Below are positions 41,515 to 50,897 of a stretch of 64,000 nucleotides of DNA, piece by piece (position 1 is the first letter of the stretch; the number at the start of each line of letters is the position of its first letter). The stretch is from contig CANGMI010000002.1 of the NCBI GenBank assembly GCA_947455195.1, positions 257,549 through 321,548 on the forward strand, read 5' to 3'. Source of the stretch: Pseudomonadota bacterium. Lineage in GTDB: Bacteria > Pseudomonadota > Gammaproteobacteria > Burkholderiales > SG8-39. The translations under genes were made by a program, and so were the position numbers. Below the pieces are notes generated by a model. It did no database searches and was not told where the DNA came from. It saw only the letters and a program-made list of their open reading frames with translations.

Positions 41515-42954
41515 TCAGAGCACCTCGGCCGCGTGGTCGGCAAGGCGCGAGCGCTCGCCGCGCTGCAGCGTCACGTGGCCGCCATGCCCCCAGCCGCGAA
41601 AACGCTCGACCACATAGGTGAGCCCGGAACTGCCTTCGGTGAGGTAGGGCGTATCGATCTGGGCGATGTTGCCCAGACACAGCACCTTGGTGCCCGGGCC
41701 GGCCCGGGTAACAAGGGTCTTCATCTGCTTGGGCGTGAGATTCTGCGCCTCGTCGATGATGAGAAACTTGTTCAGGAAGGTGCGCCCGCGCATGAAGTTC
41801 AGCGACTTGATGCGGATGCGCGAGCGGATGAGATCACGCGTTGCAGCGCGGCCCCATTCGCCGGCTGCCCCATCCGTGGTGTTGAGCACTTCGAGATTGT
41901 CTTCGAGCGCGCCCATCCATGGGGCCATCTTTTCTTCCTCGGTGCCCGGCAGGAAGCCGATATCCTCGCCTACCGGCACCGTGACCCGGGTCATGATGAT
42001 TTCGCTGTAGCGCTTGTCGTCGAGCACCTGGGAGAGCCCCGCTGCGAGCGCGAGCAGGGTCTTTCCGGTGCCCGCCTGCCCGAGCAGGGTGATGAAGTCG
42101 ACCTCGGGGTCCATCAGGAGATTGAGCGCGAAGTTCTGTTCGCGATTGCGGGCGGTGACACCCCAGACGGCGTTGCGCGGGTTGCCATAATCGCGCACGG
42201 TTTCGAGCAGGGCCAGACCGGGTTCGACGCTGCGCACCCGTGCGTTGAAGGCGCGCTCGCCTTCGGTGTAGACGAACTGGTTGATGTTGAGTTCGGCTGC
42301 CAGCGGGCTGTGCATGCGATAGAAGGTGGCGCCGTCCTTCTTCCACGATTCGACCTGGGTGGTCTGCTGTTCCCAGAAGTCGGGTCCCAGCAGGCGCGAG
42401 CCTGCGTAGAGCAGGTCGGTGTCTTCGAGCACCTGATCGTTGAAGTAGTCTTCGGCAGCGAGGCCTGCAGCACGCGCCTTGATGCGCATGTTGATGTCCT
42501 TGCTGACCAGAATCACCGCGCGGTTGCGGTGACGCTTGTGCAGGCTCGCGACCACGCCGATGATGAGGTTGTCGCCACTGGCTGTGGGCAGGCTGGCGGG
42601 CAGGGGCTCCTCGATGGCTTCGGTCTGCAGGAAAAGCAGACCCGTTGCCGGGTCGGTTGCACTGCGCTGCAGGGGCATGCCTGCTTCGATCGCGGCCGGG
42701 CCGCGACTCATCACCTCTTCGATGAATCGACTGGCCTGGCGGGCATTGCGAGCCAGTTCCGATACGCCTTTCTTGTTGCGATCGAGCTCTTCCAGGGTCT
42801 GCATCGGCAGGAAGATGTCATGTTCCTCGAACCGGAAGAGGCTGGTCGGATCGTGCAGGAGCACGTTCGTGTCGAGAACGAAAAGGCGGCGTTTTCGGCG
42901 GTTGGATGCCGTGCGGGCACGGGTCTCGCGGAACTCGGATCGACGTGCTGTCAT
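41515..42954 (-). CDS. PIN-domain plus PhoH-like ATPase protein (PhoH2/YlaK type)
   Basis: N-terminal PIN (LFVLDTNVLLHDP...LEELD) and C-terminal PhoH ATPase (GQAGTGKT, IIDEAQN). Confidence 0.88.
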   Translation of the reverse strand: MTARRSEFRETRARTASNRRKRRLFVLDTNVLLHDPTSLFRFEEHDIFLPMQTLEELDRNKKGVSELARNARQASRFIEEVMSRGPAAIEAGMPLQRSATDPATGLLFLQTEAIEEPLPASLPTASGDNLIIGVVASLHKRHRNRAVILVSKDINMRIKARAAGLAAEDYFNDQVLEDTDLLYAGSRLLGPDFWEQQTTQVESWKKDGATFYRMHSPLAAELNINQFVYTEGERAFNARVRSVEPGLALLETVRDYGNPRNAVWGVTARNREQNFALNLLMDPEVDFITLLGQAGTGKTLLALAAGLSQVLDDKRYSEIIMTRVTVPVGEDIGFLPGTEEEKMAPWMGALEDNLEVLNTTDGAAGEWGRAATRDLIRSRIRIKSLNFMRGRTFLNKFLIIDEAQNLTPKQMKTLVTRAGPGTKVLCLGNIAQIDTPYLTEGSSGLTYVVERFRGWGHGGHVTLQRGERSRLADHAAEVL

Positions 42955-43009
42955 GGGCTCTTGCGGCTCCTGGATGGGGCTTTCGGCACCGCGTTCTTCG
43001 GCAGCGGTC

Positions 43010-43465
43010 TCAGAGCGCCTTCACGACGTCAAGCACCTGGGCGACATGGCCGGGTACTTTCACGCCACGCCATTCGCGCAGGATGGTGCCCTTCGCATCG
43101 AGGATGAAGGTGCTGCGCTCGATGCCGCGAACCTGCTTGCCGTACATGTTCTTCATCTTGATCACGCCAAAGAGATTGCAGGCCACTTCGGCTTCGTCGG
43201 ACAGCAGGTCGAAGGGGAATTGCATCTTCGCCTTGAAGTTCTCGTGCGATTTCATGGTATCGCGCGAGATGCCGAGCACCATGCAGTCGGCGGCCTGGAA
43301 CGATGCATGGGCGTCGCGGAACTGCTCGCCCTCGGTCGTGCACCCGGGCGTGTTGTCCTTGGGGTAGAAGTAGAGCACCAGATGGCGTGCACTCATCGCC
43401 GAGAGGCGAAAGGTCTGTCCGCCGGTGGCGGGAAGTTCGAAATCCTGAACCGAAGTGGATGGCAT
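43010..43465 (-). CDS. bcp: thioredoxin-dependent peroxiredoxin Bcp
   Basis: 151 aa starting at ATG 43465, with YFYPKDNTPGCTTE. The longer track ORF (to 43627) adds a non-homologous N-terminus. Confidence 0.9.
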   Translation of the reverse strand: MPSTSVQDFELPATGGQTFRLSAMSARHLVLYFYPKDNTPGCTTEGEQFRDAHASFQAADCMVLGISRDTMKSHENFKAKMQFPFDLLSDEAEVACNLFGVIKMKNMYGKQVRGIERSTFILDAKGTILREWRGVKVPGHVAQVLDVVKAL

Positions 43466-43568
43466 GGTCTCTGTGGGCAGGTAGTCATCGGCGCACATCA
43501 AATCGATGCGCCGTCCGATTATGGCGTGTTCGATCGGTGCTTGCCACCGGCCGCGTCTGCCTGCCCGG

Positions 43569-44546
43569 TCAGCGCCTGGGTCGCATGAAGAGCGGGTTGT
43601 CCTCGTCCGGACCCGGGGGCGGTGCATCGGGCGTGGCGAGAAAGGCCCCGTCCTGCACCAGCAGTTCGCCCGAGCGTCCGGGTACGCTCCCCATCGTCAC
43701 CCGATGCCGGGGGAGCGAGGCGGCATTGAGTCGATCGGCGATGAATCCGAGGCTCACCAGGTCGAAGCCCTGGGCGCGCCATCCGGCCAGCAGGCGGTCA
43801 AGGACCGGGGCGAGCTTCATCCCTTCGAGTTCGGCATGGAGCGTGAACACCTGGACCGCACGCCGGTCCTCGGCGGTCTGCTCCAGCAGTCGGGGGGCGA
43901 CATTGCCCGCATCGACACCATCGAGACCGATCATCTCGTCAAGGGTGGGCAGGGTGGTGGGCAGTTGCATGCAGCGCACGGGCTCTCCATCCCAGACCGG
44001 AATGAACGGATGCGTGCCGCGGCAGTCCGAGGCGAGTGCAAAACCCAGGCGCTGGGTGAGGCGAAGGGCATGCCGGTTCATCTGCCACCCGGCCGCCCCA
44101 TGCACGAGAGGCGGCGCACCGAAGATCTCGCGATAGCGTTCGATGGCGCGGGTCATCTCGTTTGCGGTCCAGTCCGGATCGGCGAGAGCAACCCCGTCCT
44201 GCCAGCGCACGTGATCCCACGTATGCACGCCGGTCTCGAAGCCGGCTGCAGCAACCTCACGCATGATCGGTGCCGCGATGCGGCCGATGTCGGGGCCGGG
44301 CAGCAGCGTTCCGTAGAGCAAGGTCTTCAGGCCGTAGTGTTCGAGTACCGAGGTGCGCGACACCTTTTTCATGAAGCCCGGACGGAAGGCGCGGCGCAGG
44401 GCTCGACCGGTGTGATCGGGGCCGAGGCTGAACAGAAACGTGGCGCCCGCCTCGTGCTGCCGGAGCAGTTCGATCAGGCGTGGCACACCCTCGCGCGTGC
44501 CGCGCAGCGTATCGACATCAATCTTGAGCGCGAGACGGCGTTGCAT
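43569..44546 (-). CDS. arnD: 4-deoxy-4-formamido-L-arabinose-phosphoundecaprenol deformylase
   Basis: MQRRLALKIDVDTLRGTREGVPRLIELL..., a NodB-type protein in an arn operon context. Confidence 0.82.
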   Translation of the reverse strand: MQRRLALKIDVDTLRGTREGVPRLIELLRQHEAGATFLFSLGPDHTGRALRRAFRPGFMKKVSRTSVLEHYGLKTLLYGTLLPGPDIGRIAAPIMREVAAAGFETGVHTWDHVRWQDGVALADPDWTANEMTRAIERYREIFGAPPLVHGAAGWQMNRHALRLTQRLGFALASDCRGTHPFIPVWDGEPVRCMQLPTTLPTLDEMIGLDGVDAGNVAPRLLEQTAEDRRAVQVFTLHAELEGMKLAPVLDRLLAGWRAQGFDLVSLGFIADRLNAASLPRHRVTMGSVPGRSGELLVQDGAFLATPDAPPPGPDEDNPLFMRPRR

Positions 44547-44612
44547 CAGGCCTTCCGGTGAGAGGGGCTGTGGTCAGCGACTGCGTCAGGCAGCGGTGAC
44601 CCGGCTGGCGCC

Positions 44613-45656
44613 TCAGTCCATCAGGTTGCGGGCCTCGCGGACCTGGCCGCGATAGGCTTCGAAGATGCGCTCCAGCGCATCCTTCATGTCGACCTTGGGC
44701 GCCCAGTCGAGGTCGTGCATCGTGTTGGTGATCTTGGGCACGCGATTCTGCACATCCTGATACCCGCTGCCGTAGTACTGGCCGGCGGTGGTGTCGACAA
44801 GCTTCACCTTCGCCGCCTGCTCGGCATACTCGGGAATGGCAGCGGCCATCTCGAGCATCATCTGCGCGAGCTGGCGTACCGAGTAGTTGTTCTTCGGGTT
44901 GCCGATGTTGTAGATCTGGCCGCTCGCGACGCCCCCCGGGTTGGCAATGATCTTGAGCAGGGCGTCGATGCCGTCATCGACATAGGTGAAGGCGCGCTTC
45001 TGCGCGCCGCCATCGACCAGCTGGATGTTCTCGCCGCGCACGATATGGCCGAGGAACTGCGTGATGACGCGCGAGGAGCCTTCCTTGGCGGTGTTGATCG
45101 AGTCGAGTCCTGCGCCGATCCAGTTGAAGGGCCGAAAGAGCGTGAAGTCGAGTTTCTGCTCCATGCCGTAGCCCCAGATCACCCGGTCCATCAACTGCTT
45201 GGCGCACGAGTAGATCCAGCGCGGCTTGTTGATCGGTCCGAGCACCAGCGACGAGTTCTCGGGGTCGAACTCGCTGTCGGTCGACATGCCGTAGACCTCG
45301 GAGGTCGACGGAAAGATGAGCCGTTTGCCGTACTTCACGCATTGCCTGACGATCGGCAGGTTGGCTTCAAAATCGAGTTCGAAGACGCGCAGCGGTTCGC
45401 GCACATAGGTGGCCGGGGTGGCGATCGCCACCAGCGGAAGCACCGTGTCGCACTTGCGCACGTGGTATTCGATCCACTCCTTGTTGATGGTGATGTCACC
45501 TTCGAAGAAGTGAAAACGCTTGTCATCGAGCAGGCCGCTGATGCGCTCGGTGGCCATGTCCATCCCGTACACTTCCCAGTCGGTGTTTGCCAGGATCCGG
45601 TTGGACAGGTGGTGGCCGATGAAGCCGTTTACGCCGAGGATCAGTATCTTTTTCAT
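44613..45656 (-). CDS. arnA: UDP-glucuronate oxidative decarboxylase (stand-alone ArnA C-terminal domain)
   Basis: 347 aa SDR (ILGVNGFIGHHL, YSCAKQ). It closely follows the ArnA dehydrogenase domain pattern (FFEGDITINKEWIEYHVRKCD). Confidence 0.87.
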   Translation of the reverse strand: MKKILILGVNGFIGHHLSNRILANTDWEVYGMDMATERISGLLDDKRFHFFEGDITINKEWIEYHVRKCDTVLPLVAIATPATYVREPLRVFELDFEANLPIVRQCVKYGKRLIFPSTSEVYGMSTDSEFDPENSSLVLGPINKPRWIYSCAKQLMDRVIWGYGMEQKLDFTLFRPFNWIGAGLDSINTAKEGSSRVITQFLGHIVRGENIQLVDGGAQKRAFTYVDDGIDALLKIIANPGGVASGQIYNIGNPKNNYSVRQLAQMMLEMAAAIPEYAEQAAKVKLVDTTAGQYYGSGYQDVQNRVPKITNTMHDLDWAPKVDMKDALERIFEAYRGQVREARNLMD

Positions 45657-45671
45657 GGTGTGGGCGGTCGT

Positions 45672-46625
45672 TCAGGTCAGTGAATCGGTGAGCGGTACGG
45701 TGGGGCTGTCAAAGCGGTTGCACAGTCGGTCGGCATCGAGTGGTGCGCCATCGAGTTCGGCTTCGAGGATTTCGAGCCAGGCTCCATCGACGCTGCGCAG
45801 CCAGAGCTTACCCTCCCGGGCGAGCAGGGCCACGCCGCCGGGTGAGGATGCTGACGCATCCGGCGGCCGTGCGGGCCACCAGGTGCGCAGGATACGCAGT
45901 TCGCCGCCTGCCAGGGGGAAGAAGGCGCCCGGATACGGGGGGGCCACGGCCCGAACGAGATTGTGAATCGACCAGGCATCGGCCTTCAGGTCGATGAGAC
46001 CATCGGCAGGCTTGCGTCCGCTGAAGTAGCCTCCGGCGGTGAGATCCTGCGGCTGCAGGACTGCGCTCCCGTCGACGAGCCCCCCGAGCGAGCGTTCAAG
46101 CACGATTTCGGCAGCAACGCTCACCTTGCCAAAGACGTCGTGCGCGGTGTCGTTGTCCAGAATCGGCACGGCCTGCTGATCGACGACGTCGCCTGCATCG
46201 GCTCGGGCGACCATCGCGTGCAAGGTGGCACCGGCGTGGCGTTCCCCGCGCAGCACGGCCCAGTTCACCGGCACGCGTCCGCGGTACTGGGGCAGCAGTG
46301 ACCCATGCATGTTGAAGGCGCCACGCCGGCCCAGTCGAAGCAATGCCTCGGGCAGCATCTGGCGGTAGTAGAACGAGAACACGAAGTCGACCCCACCCGC
46401 AGGCAGGCGCGCCATGATGTCGGCCAGATCGGGTCGGTCGGGCGTAATGCAGGCAATCCGGGCTCGCGCGCACAAGGCGGCCACGCTGCCAAACCAGATG
46501 TTCTCGCCCGCTGCGTCCTCGTGGCTCACCACGAGGCTCACGTCGACGCCGCGCGAGATGAGCACCGACAGGCAGCGCACCCCCACCTCGTGGTAACCGA
46601 ACACCAGGGCGCGCGGGCGTGTCAT
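45672..46625 (-). CDS. arnA: UDP-4-amino-4-deoxy-L-arabinose formyltransferase (stand-alone ArnA N-terminal domain)
   Basis: ATG 46625 gives MTRPRALVFGYHEVG... with the formyltransferase motif NMHGSLLPQYRGRVPVNWA. The ATGA overlap with the arnC stop links the two genes. The 518-aa track ORF is an upstream in-frame extension. Confidence 0.85.
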   Translation of the reverse strand: MTRPRALVFGYHEVGVRCLSVLISRGVDVSLVVSHEDAAGENIWFGSVAALCARARIACITPDRPDLADIMARLPAGGVDFVFSFYYRQMLPEALLRLGRRGAFNMHGSLLPQYRGRVPVNWAVLRGERHAGATLHAMVARADAGDVVDQQAVPILDNDTAHDVFGKVSVAAEIVLERSLGGLVDGSAVLQPQDLTAGGYFSGRKPADGLIDLKADAWSIHNLVRAVAPPYPGAFFPLAGGELRILRTWWPARPPDASASSPGGVALLAREGKLWLRSVDGAWLEILEAELDGAPLDADRLCNRFDSPTVPLTDSLT

Positions 46626-47614
46626 GCGCTGTCGGGCCGACCGAATCCGCCCGCGATCAGCGGGAGTTGTTCGCCAGGGCCGGGCAGGCGTTCCTCGAGT
46701 ACCGCCTGCACGACATAGCGGGGGCGGGCGCGTACCTGCTGGTAGATCCGACCGACATATTCCCCCATCAGACCGATGCCGGTCAGGGCGAGGCCGATGA
46801 GGAAGAATGCGATTCCGAAGAGGGTGAACAGCCCTTCGGCCTCGGGGCCGAGGAAGAGGCGGCGCCAGGCGAGAATCAGCACGAACATGAGCGAGATGGC
46901 CGATACGGCGAACCCGACCAGCGAGAACACCTGGAGCGGCACCACGGAAAACCCGGTGACCAGATCGAAGTTGAGACGGATCAGTCGGTAGAGCGAGTAC
47001 TTGGTCTCGCCGGCGGCGCGTTCTTCGTGGGCGACTTCGATCTCGGTCGGATGGTGCGCGAAGGTGTAGGCGAGGGCCGGGATGAAGGTGTTCACCTCCT
47101 GGCACTGGTTGATCGCGTTGACGATCGTGCGGCTGTACGCCCGCATCATGCACCCCTGATCGGTCATGTGGATGTCCGTGATGCGTTCGCGCAACCGGTT
47201 CATCGCACGCGATGCATAGCGCCGCCACGCGATGTCCTGTCGCTGGCGGCGGATGGTGCCCACGTAGTCGTGGCCCCGGTCCATCGCCGCGAGCAGGTTG
47301 GGAATTTCCTCGGGTGGGTTCTGCAGGTCGGCATCGAGCGTGATGACCCGCTCGCCGCGGCTGTGTTCGAAGCCGGCCAGAATGGCCAGGTGCTGGCCGT
47401 AGTTGCCGTTGAAGAGGACCACCCGAGTCACTTCGGGCCGTGCGCTGAACTGCTCGCGCAGGAGCGCCGCCGAGCGGTCGCGGCTGCCGTCATTGACGAA
47501 CACGATCTCGTAGTCGAGGTCGAGCGCATCCAGTGCGGGATAGAGGCGCGCAAAGAGGCTCGCGAGGCCCGCCTCTTCGTTGTAGACGGGAATCACGATC
47601 GACAGATCGATCAT
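46622..47614 (-). CDS. arnC: undecaprenyl-phosphate 4-deoxy-4-formamido-L-arabinose transferase (GT2)
   Basis: ATG 47614 is preceded by GGAGG. Sequence includes MIDLSIVIPVYNEE...DADLQNPPEEIP and two C-terminal TM segments. The ATGA overlap with the arnB stop links the two genes. Confidence 0.9.
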   Translation of the reverse strand: MIDLSIVIPVYNEEAGLASLFARLYPALDALDLDYEIVFVNDGSRDRSAALLREQFSARPEVTRVVLFNGNYGQHLAILAGFEHSRGERVITLDADLQNPPEEIPNLLAAMDRGHDYVGTIRRQRQDIAWRRYASRAMNRLRERITDIHMTDQGCMMRAYSRTIVNAINQCQEVNTFIPALAYTFAHHPTEIEVAHEERAAGETKYSLYRLIRLNFDLVTGFSVVPLQVFSLVGFAVSAISLMFVLILAWRRLFLGPEAEGLFTLFGIAFFLIGLALTGIGLMGEYVGRIYQQVRARPRYVVQAVLEERLPGPGEQLPLIAGGFGRPDSA

Positions 47615-48741
47615 CGGCTGGCCTCCGCGATCGCGTGTGGCAGCGCGGCACAGACCCGATCGACGTCGGCCTCGGTCATGCGGGGGAACAGGGGCAGGGT
47701 CACGATCCCGCGCCCGATGCGCTCGGCGTGGGGGAACTGTCCTTCGCCGAATCCGAGCTTGCGGTACAGCGTGAACAGGTGAATGGCCGGATAGTGAACG
47801 CCGATGCCGATCCCGGCTTCGCGCATCGCGCGGATGAAGTCGGGGCGTCGTACGCCCGCGGGCAGCACGCACTGGAACATGTGCCAGTTCGACTGGGCGA
47901 AATCGGGAACCGGCAAGGCGAAACCGGCCGGGAGTGCGGTCGCCGCAAGGCGCTCGAAGTAGTGGCGCGCAAGGGTGCGCCGGCGCTCGTTGAAGGCATC
48001 GAGCCGCTTCAACTGGTGACGCCCGATGCAGGCTGCTACATCGGTGAGGTTGGCCTTCTCACCGACAAATTCGACATCGATTTCGTCTTCACCCGAGCGA
48101 CGCACGCCTTGCAATCGCCACCGCTCGGTTTCCTCGGGGCTGGCGTCGGCAGGCAGCGCGATGGCGCCCCCCTCGGTGCTTGTCATGTTCTTGTTGGCAT
48201 GAAAGCTGAAGCAGGCGAAGTCGCCCTCGGTGCCGATCGGTCGCCCGCGCCAGTTGCTCCCGAACGACTGACAGGCATCCTCGACAACGCGCAGTCGGTG
48301 CGTTGCGGCAATCGTCGCCAGACGATCGCGATCGACCGGCAGTCCGGCCAGGTCCACGGGAATGATGGCGCGGGTCGAACCGGTGATCGCGCCCTCGATC
48401 CGGTCCAGATCGATGTTGCGGGTCATCGGGTCGATGTCCACGAAGACCGGCCGGGCGCCGACCGCGAGAATCACGTTGGCTGTGGCGACCCAGGAAAGCG
48501 GTGTCGTGATGACTTCGTCGCCGGGACCCACACGCGCCAGGCGCAATGCAATCTCGAGCGCTGCGGTGCCCGAGTTGAAGACGCGAACCGCGCGGCCCCC
48601 GCACCGGGCCGAGAGTTCGGCCTCGAGTGCGCGTGCCTGCGGTCCGGTGGTGATCCAGCCAGAGCGCAGCACGTCACCGACGGCCGCGATGGTCTCCTCG
48701 TCGATGTCGGGGCGGGTAAACGGCAGGAAGTCTGCGTTCAT
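47611..48741 (-). CDS. arnB: UDP-4-amino-4-deoxy-L-arabinose--oxoglutarate aminotransferase (DegT/DnrJ/EryC1 family)
   Basis: ATG 48741 gives MNADFLPFTRPDIDEETIAAVGDVLRSGWITTGP with SFHANKN (PLP lysine). The ATGA overlap with the arnT stop links the two genes. Confidence 0.9.
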   Translation of the reverse strand: MNADFLPFTRPDIDEETIAAVGDVLRSGWITTGPQARALEAELSARCGGRAVRVFNSGTAALEIALRLARVGPGDEVITTPLSWVATANVILAVGARPVFVDIDPMTRNIDLDRIEGAITGSTRAIIPVDLAGLPVDRDRLATIAATHRLRVVEDACQSFGSNWRGRPIGTEGDFACFSFHANKNMTSTEGGAIALPADASPEETERWRLQGVRRSGEDEIDVEFVGEKANLTDVAACIGRHQLKRLDAFNERRRTLARHYFERLAATALPAGFALPVPDFAQSNWHMFQCVLPAGVRRPDFIRAMREAGIGIGVHYPAIHLFTLYRKLGFGEGQFPHAERIGRGIVTLPLFPRMTEADVDRVCAALPHAIAEASR

Positions 48742-50420
48742 GGTTTGCTCACGATGACGCGGCGGGGATCCCGACCGACTTCGGCCATGGGGAGCCCGGC
48801 CTGCTGGAAGCGGCTGAATTGGGCGGGTGTCATCAGCGCCAGCGCCTTGGGCGCCACGCGCCACGCCTGCTCGAAGCGGGCAATGTCAGGGAGGAAGGGA
48901 CCAGGCTCGCGATCGATCGGCACTGCCAGTTCATCCTTGTAGCCAACCATGATGAGCCTGCGACCCGCATAGAAGGGCATCGTGTGATCGTAGGTGTCCA
49001 CCGAATAGAACGGCGTATCGGCAGCGAGCAGAGGCCTGATGCCAAGAACCGTATGATACGACGAGTAGAGCGGGGCAAGGCTTTCGTGCCCCGACAGCGC
49101 CAGTTGGCTTGCACCGAGCGATCCGGCCGCCAGCGCCACGAGCGCACCGCGGCGAGCCCCTGCCCGATCGAACTGCCGGGCCGCAAGCGCGCCCGCGGCG
49201 AGTGCCAGACCGGCACCGACGAGCCATGGCTCATAGCGTGCGAGCAGTTCGGCCGGGATGTGAGCTGAGCCCTTGCGGATCGCGAGCACGCTGCCGGCAG
49301 CGAGCACGAGGCCTGCCAGGGCGTTCGAGTGAACCAGCCAGGCAAAGCCCCGCCTGCTCAGGTGCGGCAGGGCAAGCGCCAGCAGGATCGCGAGCGCCGG
49401 GTAGATCGGCAGGATGTACGACTCGAGTTTCGAGTGCGACACCGAGAAGAAGCAGAATGTCACGATGACCCACAGGCCGAGAAAAGGGGCCGCTTCGAAG
49501 CCCCGTGCCGCCTGCGGGCGTGCCCGGGCGAGGGTCCAGGGGAGTGCGAGCGTCCACGGGATGAGGCCGCCAGCCAGCACCGGAACAAAGAACCAGAGTG
49601 GGGCATCCCGACCGTGCATTCGGGTGAGAAACCGCGACAGGTGCTCCTGCACGAAGAAAAATTGCGCAAATTCCGGGTTGCGTGCCGAGACCAGAAGGAA
49701 CCACGGCGCCGTGATCCCCAGAAAGAGGGCTCCCCCCGCCAGTGGCCGCGAACGGCGCACGATGTCCCAGTCGCGCCGCCAAAGCATGTAGAGGCCGATC
49801 GTGGCTGCCGGGAGCGCCATCGCGACGATGCCCTTGCTGAGCGTGGCGAGTGCAGCGAACGCCCAGGCGCTGAGCATCCAGCCGGTGTGCGTTCGCGGCC
49901 GGTCGCTACCGGTCGAGTCTGACGAGGCCGGTCCGTGTGCCGCGCAGAAGGCGGCAATGGCTGCGGACAGGAACGCAGCGAGCGACATGTCGAGCGACGA
50001 GAAGTGGCCCATGGCGACCCATTGCAGCGTGCCCGCGAGAATGACGGCGGCCAGACAGGCTGCTCCCGGACCCCAGATGCGTCGGGCAGCCAGGAAGGTC
50101 ACCGCGATGCCCAGAAGTCCGCACAGGGCCGTCCACAGTCGGGCCGTCCATTCGTGGATGCCGAACAGTTCGAAGGCGGCTGCCGTGGCCCAGTACTGGA
50201 GCGGGGGTTTCTCGAAGTACTTGTAGCCGTTCTGTCGTGGGGTGATCCAGTCGCCCGATACCACCATCTCGCGTGCGATCTCGGCGTAGCGGCCCTCGTC
50301 GGTGCGGATGAGATGGCGGTAGTCGAGGTTGCAGAACCAGATCAGAAGGAAGGCGCCAAGACCCAGCCAGAGGGTCTGTGTCGGCCGGGCTTGCAGGGCC
50401 TGAACGAGTCGACCGATCAC
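48738..50420 (-). CDS. arnT: undecaprenyl phosphate-alpha-L-Ara4N:lipid A transferase (GT39/GT83 family)
   Basis: 560 aa polytopic membrane protein with N-terminal RTDEGRYAEIAREM...YFEKPPLQYW. Its GTG start overlaps the upstream stop (GTGA). Confidence 0.87.
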   Translation of the reverse strand: MIGRLVQALQARPTQTLWLGLGAFLLIWFCNLDYRHLIRTDEGRYAEIAREMVVSGDWITPRQNGYKYFEKPPLQYWATAAAFELFGIHEWTARLWTALCGLLGIAVTFLAARRIWGPGAACLAAVILAGTLQWVAMGHFSSLDMSLAAFLSAAIAAFCAAHGPASSDSTGSDRPRTHTGWMLSAWAFAALATLSKGIVAMALPAATIGLYMLWRRDWDIVRRSRPLAGGALFLGITAPWFLLVSARNPEFAQFFFVQEHLSRFLTRMHGRDAPLWFFVPVLAGGLIPWTLALPWTLARARPQAARGFEAAPFLGLWVIVTFCFFSVSHSKLESYILPIYPALAILLALALPHLSRRGFAWLVHSNALAGLVLAAGSVLAIRKGSAHIPAELLARYEPWLVGAGLALAAGALAARQFDRAGARRGALVALAAGSLGASQLALSGHESLAPLYSSYHTVLGIRPLLAADTPFYSVDTYDHTMPFYAGRRLIMVGYKDELAVPIDREPGPFLPDIARFEQAWRVAPKALALMTPAQFSRFQQAGLPMAEVGRDPRRVIVSKP

Positions 50421-50788
50421 TGCAGCACGACCGCGGCCGCCACCTTGCGGTCTTCGGCCACCAGGATGTTGTAGGTGCGACAGGCTGCCGGCGTGCTCAT
50501 CGCCTCAACGCCGATGCCCGCCCGGTAAAGCGCTTCGAGCAGTGCCGGAGCGGCGAATCGCTGGCGCGGCCCCGTGCCGAGGAGCAGGATCTCGCAGCCC
50601 AGCGGCAGGACAAGCGTGAGATCATCGGCGGTGATGGCACTGAAAGCGGTTGGCTTCCAGGGCGATATGAGTTCGGTCCGGGTCACGATCACGCTGCATG
50701 CGTGCGGCATGCGGTCGATCACCACATGATCGGCCTCGCAGGCGTTGAACAGGTGCGCGCCTTCGGCGCCCGCCAGGTGCAGTTTCAC
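50417..50788 (-). CDS. Mth938-like (DUF498/NDUFAF3-like) domain protein
   Basis: GTG 50788 gives about 123 aa ending ILLLGTGPRQRF...GIGVEAMSTPAACRTYNILVAEDRKVAAAVVL, which is typical of the family. The upstream ATG at 50863 would add a non-homologous 25 aa. Confidence 0.65.
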   Translation of the reverse strand: MKLHLAGAEGAHLFNACEADHVVIDRMPHACSVIVTRTELISPWKPTAFSAITADDLTLVLPLGCEILLLGTGPRQRFAAPALLEALYRAGIGVEAMSTPAACRTYNILVAEDRKVAAAVVLQ

Positions 50789-50839
50789 GTGCGGATGTCT
50801 TCCTGAAGATGATTCGCGGCTGCAGGGTGCGCTGGTGGA

Positions 50840-50872
50840 TTGCGACAAGCGCTTGCAAAACATACAATTATA
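50840..50872. promoter_or_regulatory. candidate back-to-back promoters in the divergent intergenic region
   Basis: Plus strand: TTGCGA (50840-50845), 17 nt, TACAAT (50863-50868) ahead of the aminotransferase gene. Minus strand: a perfect TATAAT (complement of 50867-50872) with no good -35, ahead of the arn operon. These are pattern matches only. Confidence 0.3.
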
Positions 50873-50897
50873 GCTTTACCTACCGCTGGGGCCGCGC

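Noticed and set aside
41515-42954. PIN-domain protein as the toxin of a toxin-antitoxin pair
   Set aside because: The PIN domain is fused to a full PhoH ATPase (PhoH2/YlaK type). No small antitoxin ORF precedes it. As far as I recall, the bcp-phoH neighbourhood is a common conserved arrangement.
41533-43107. 524-aa ORF on the plus strand
   Set aside because: It is antisense to the PIN-PhoH gene and bcp, both of which have clear motifs, so it is a shadow ORF.
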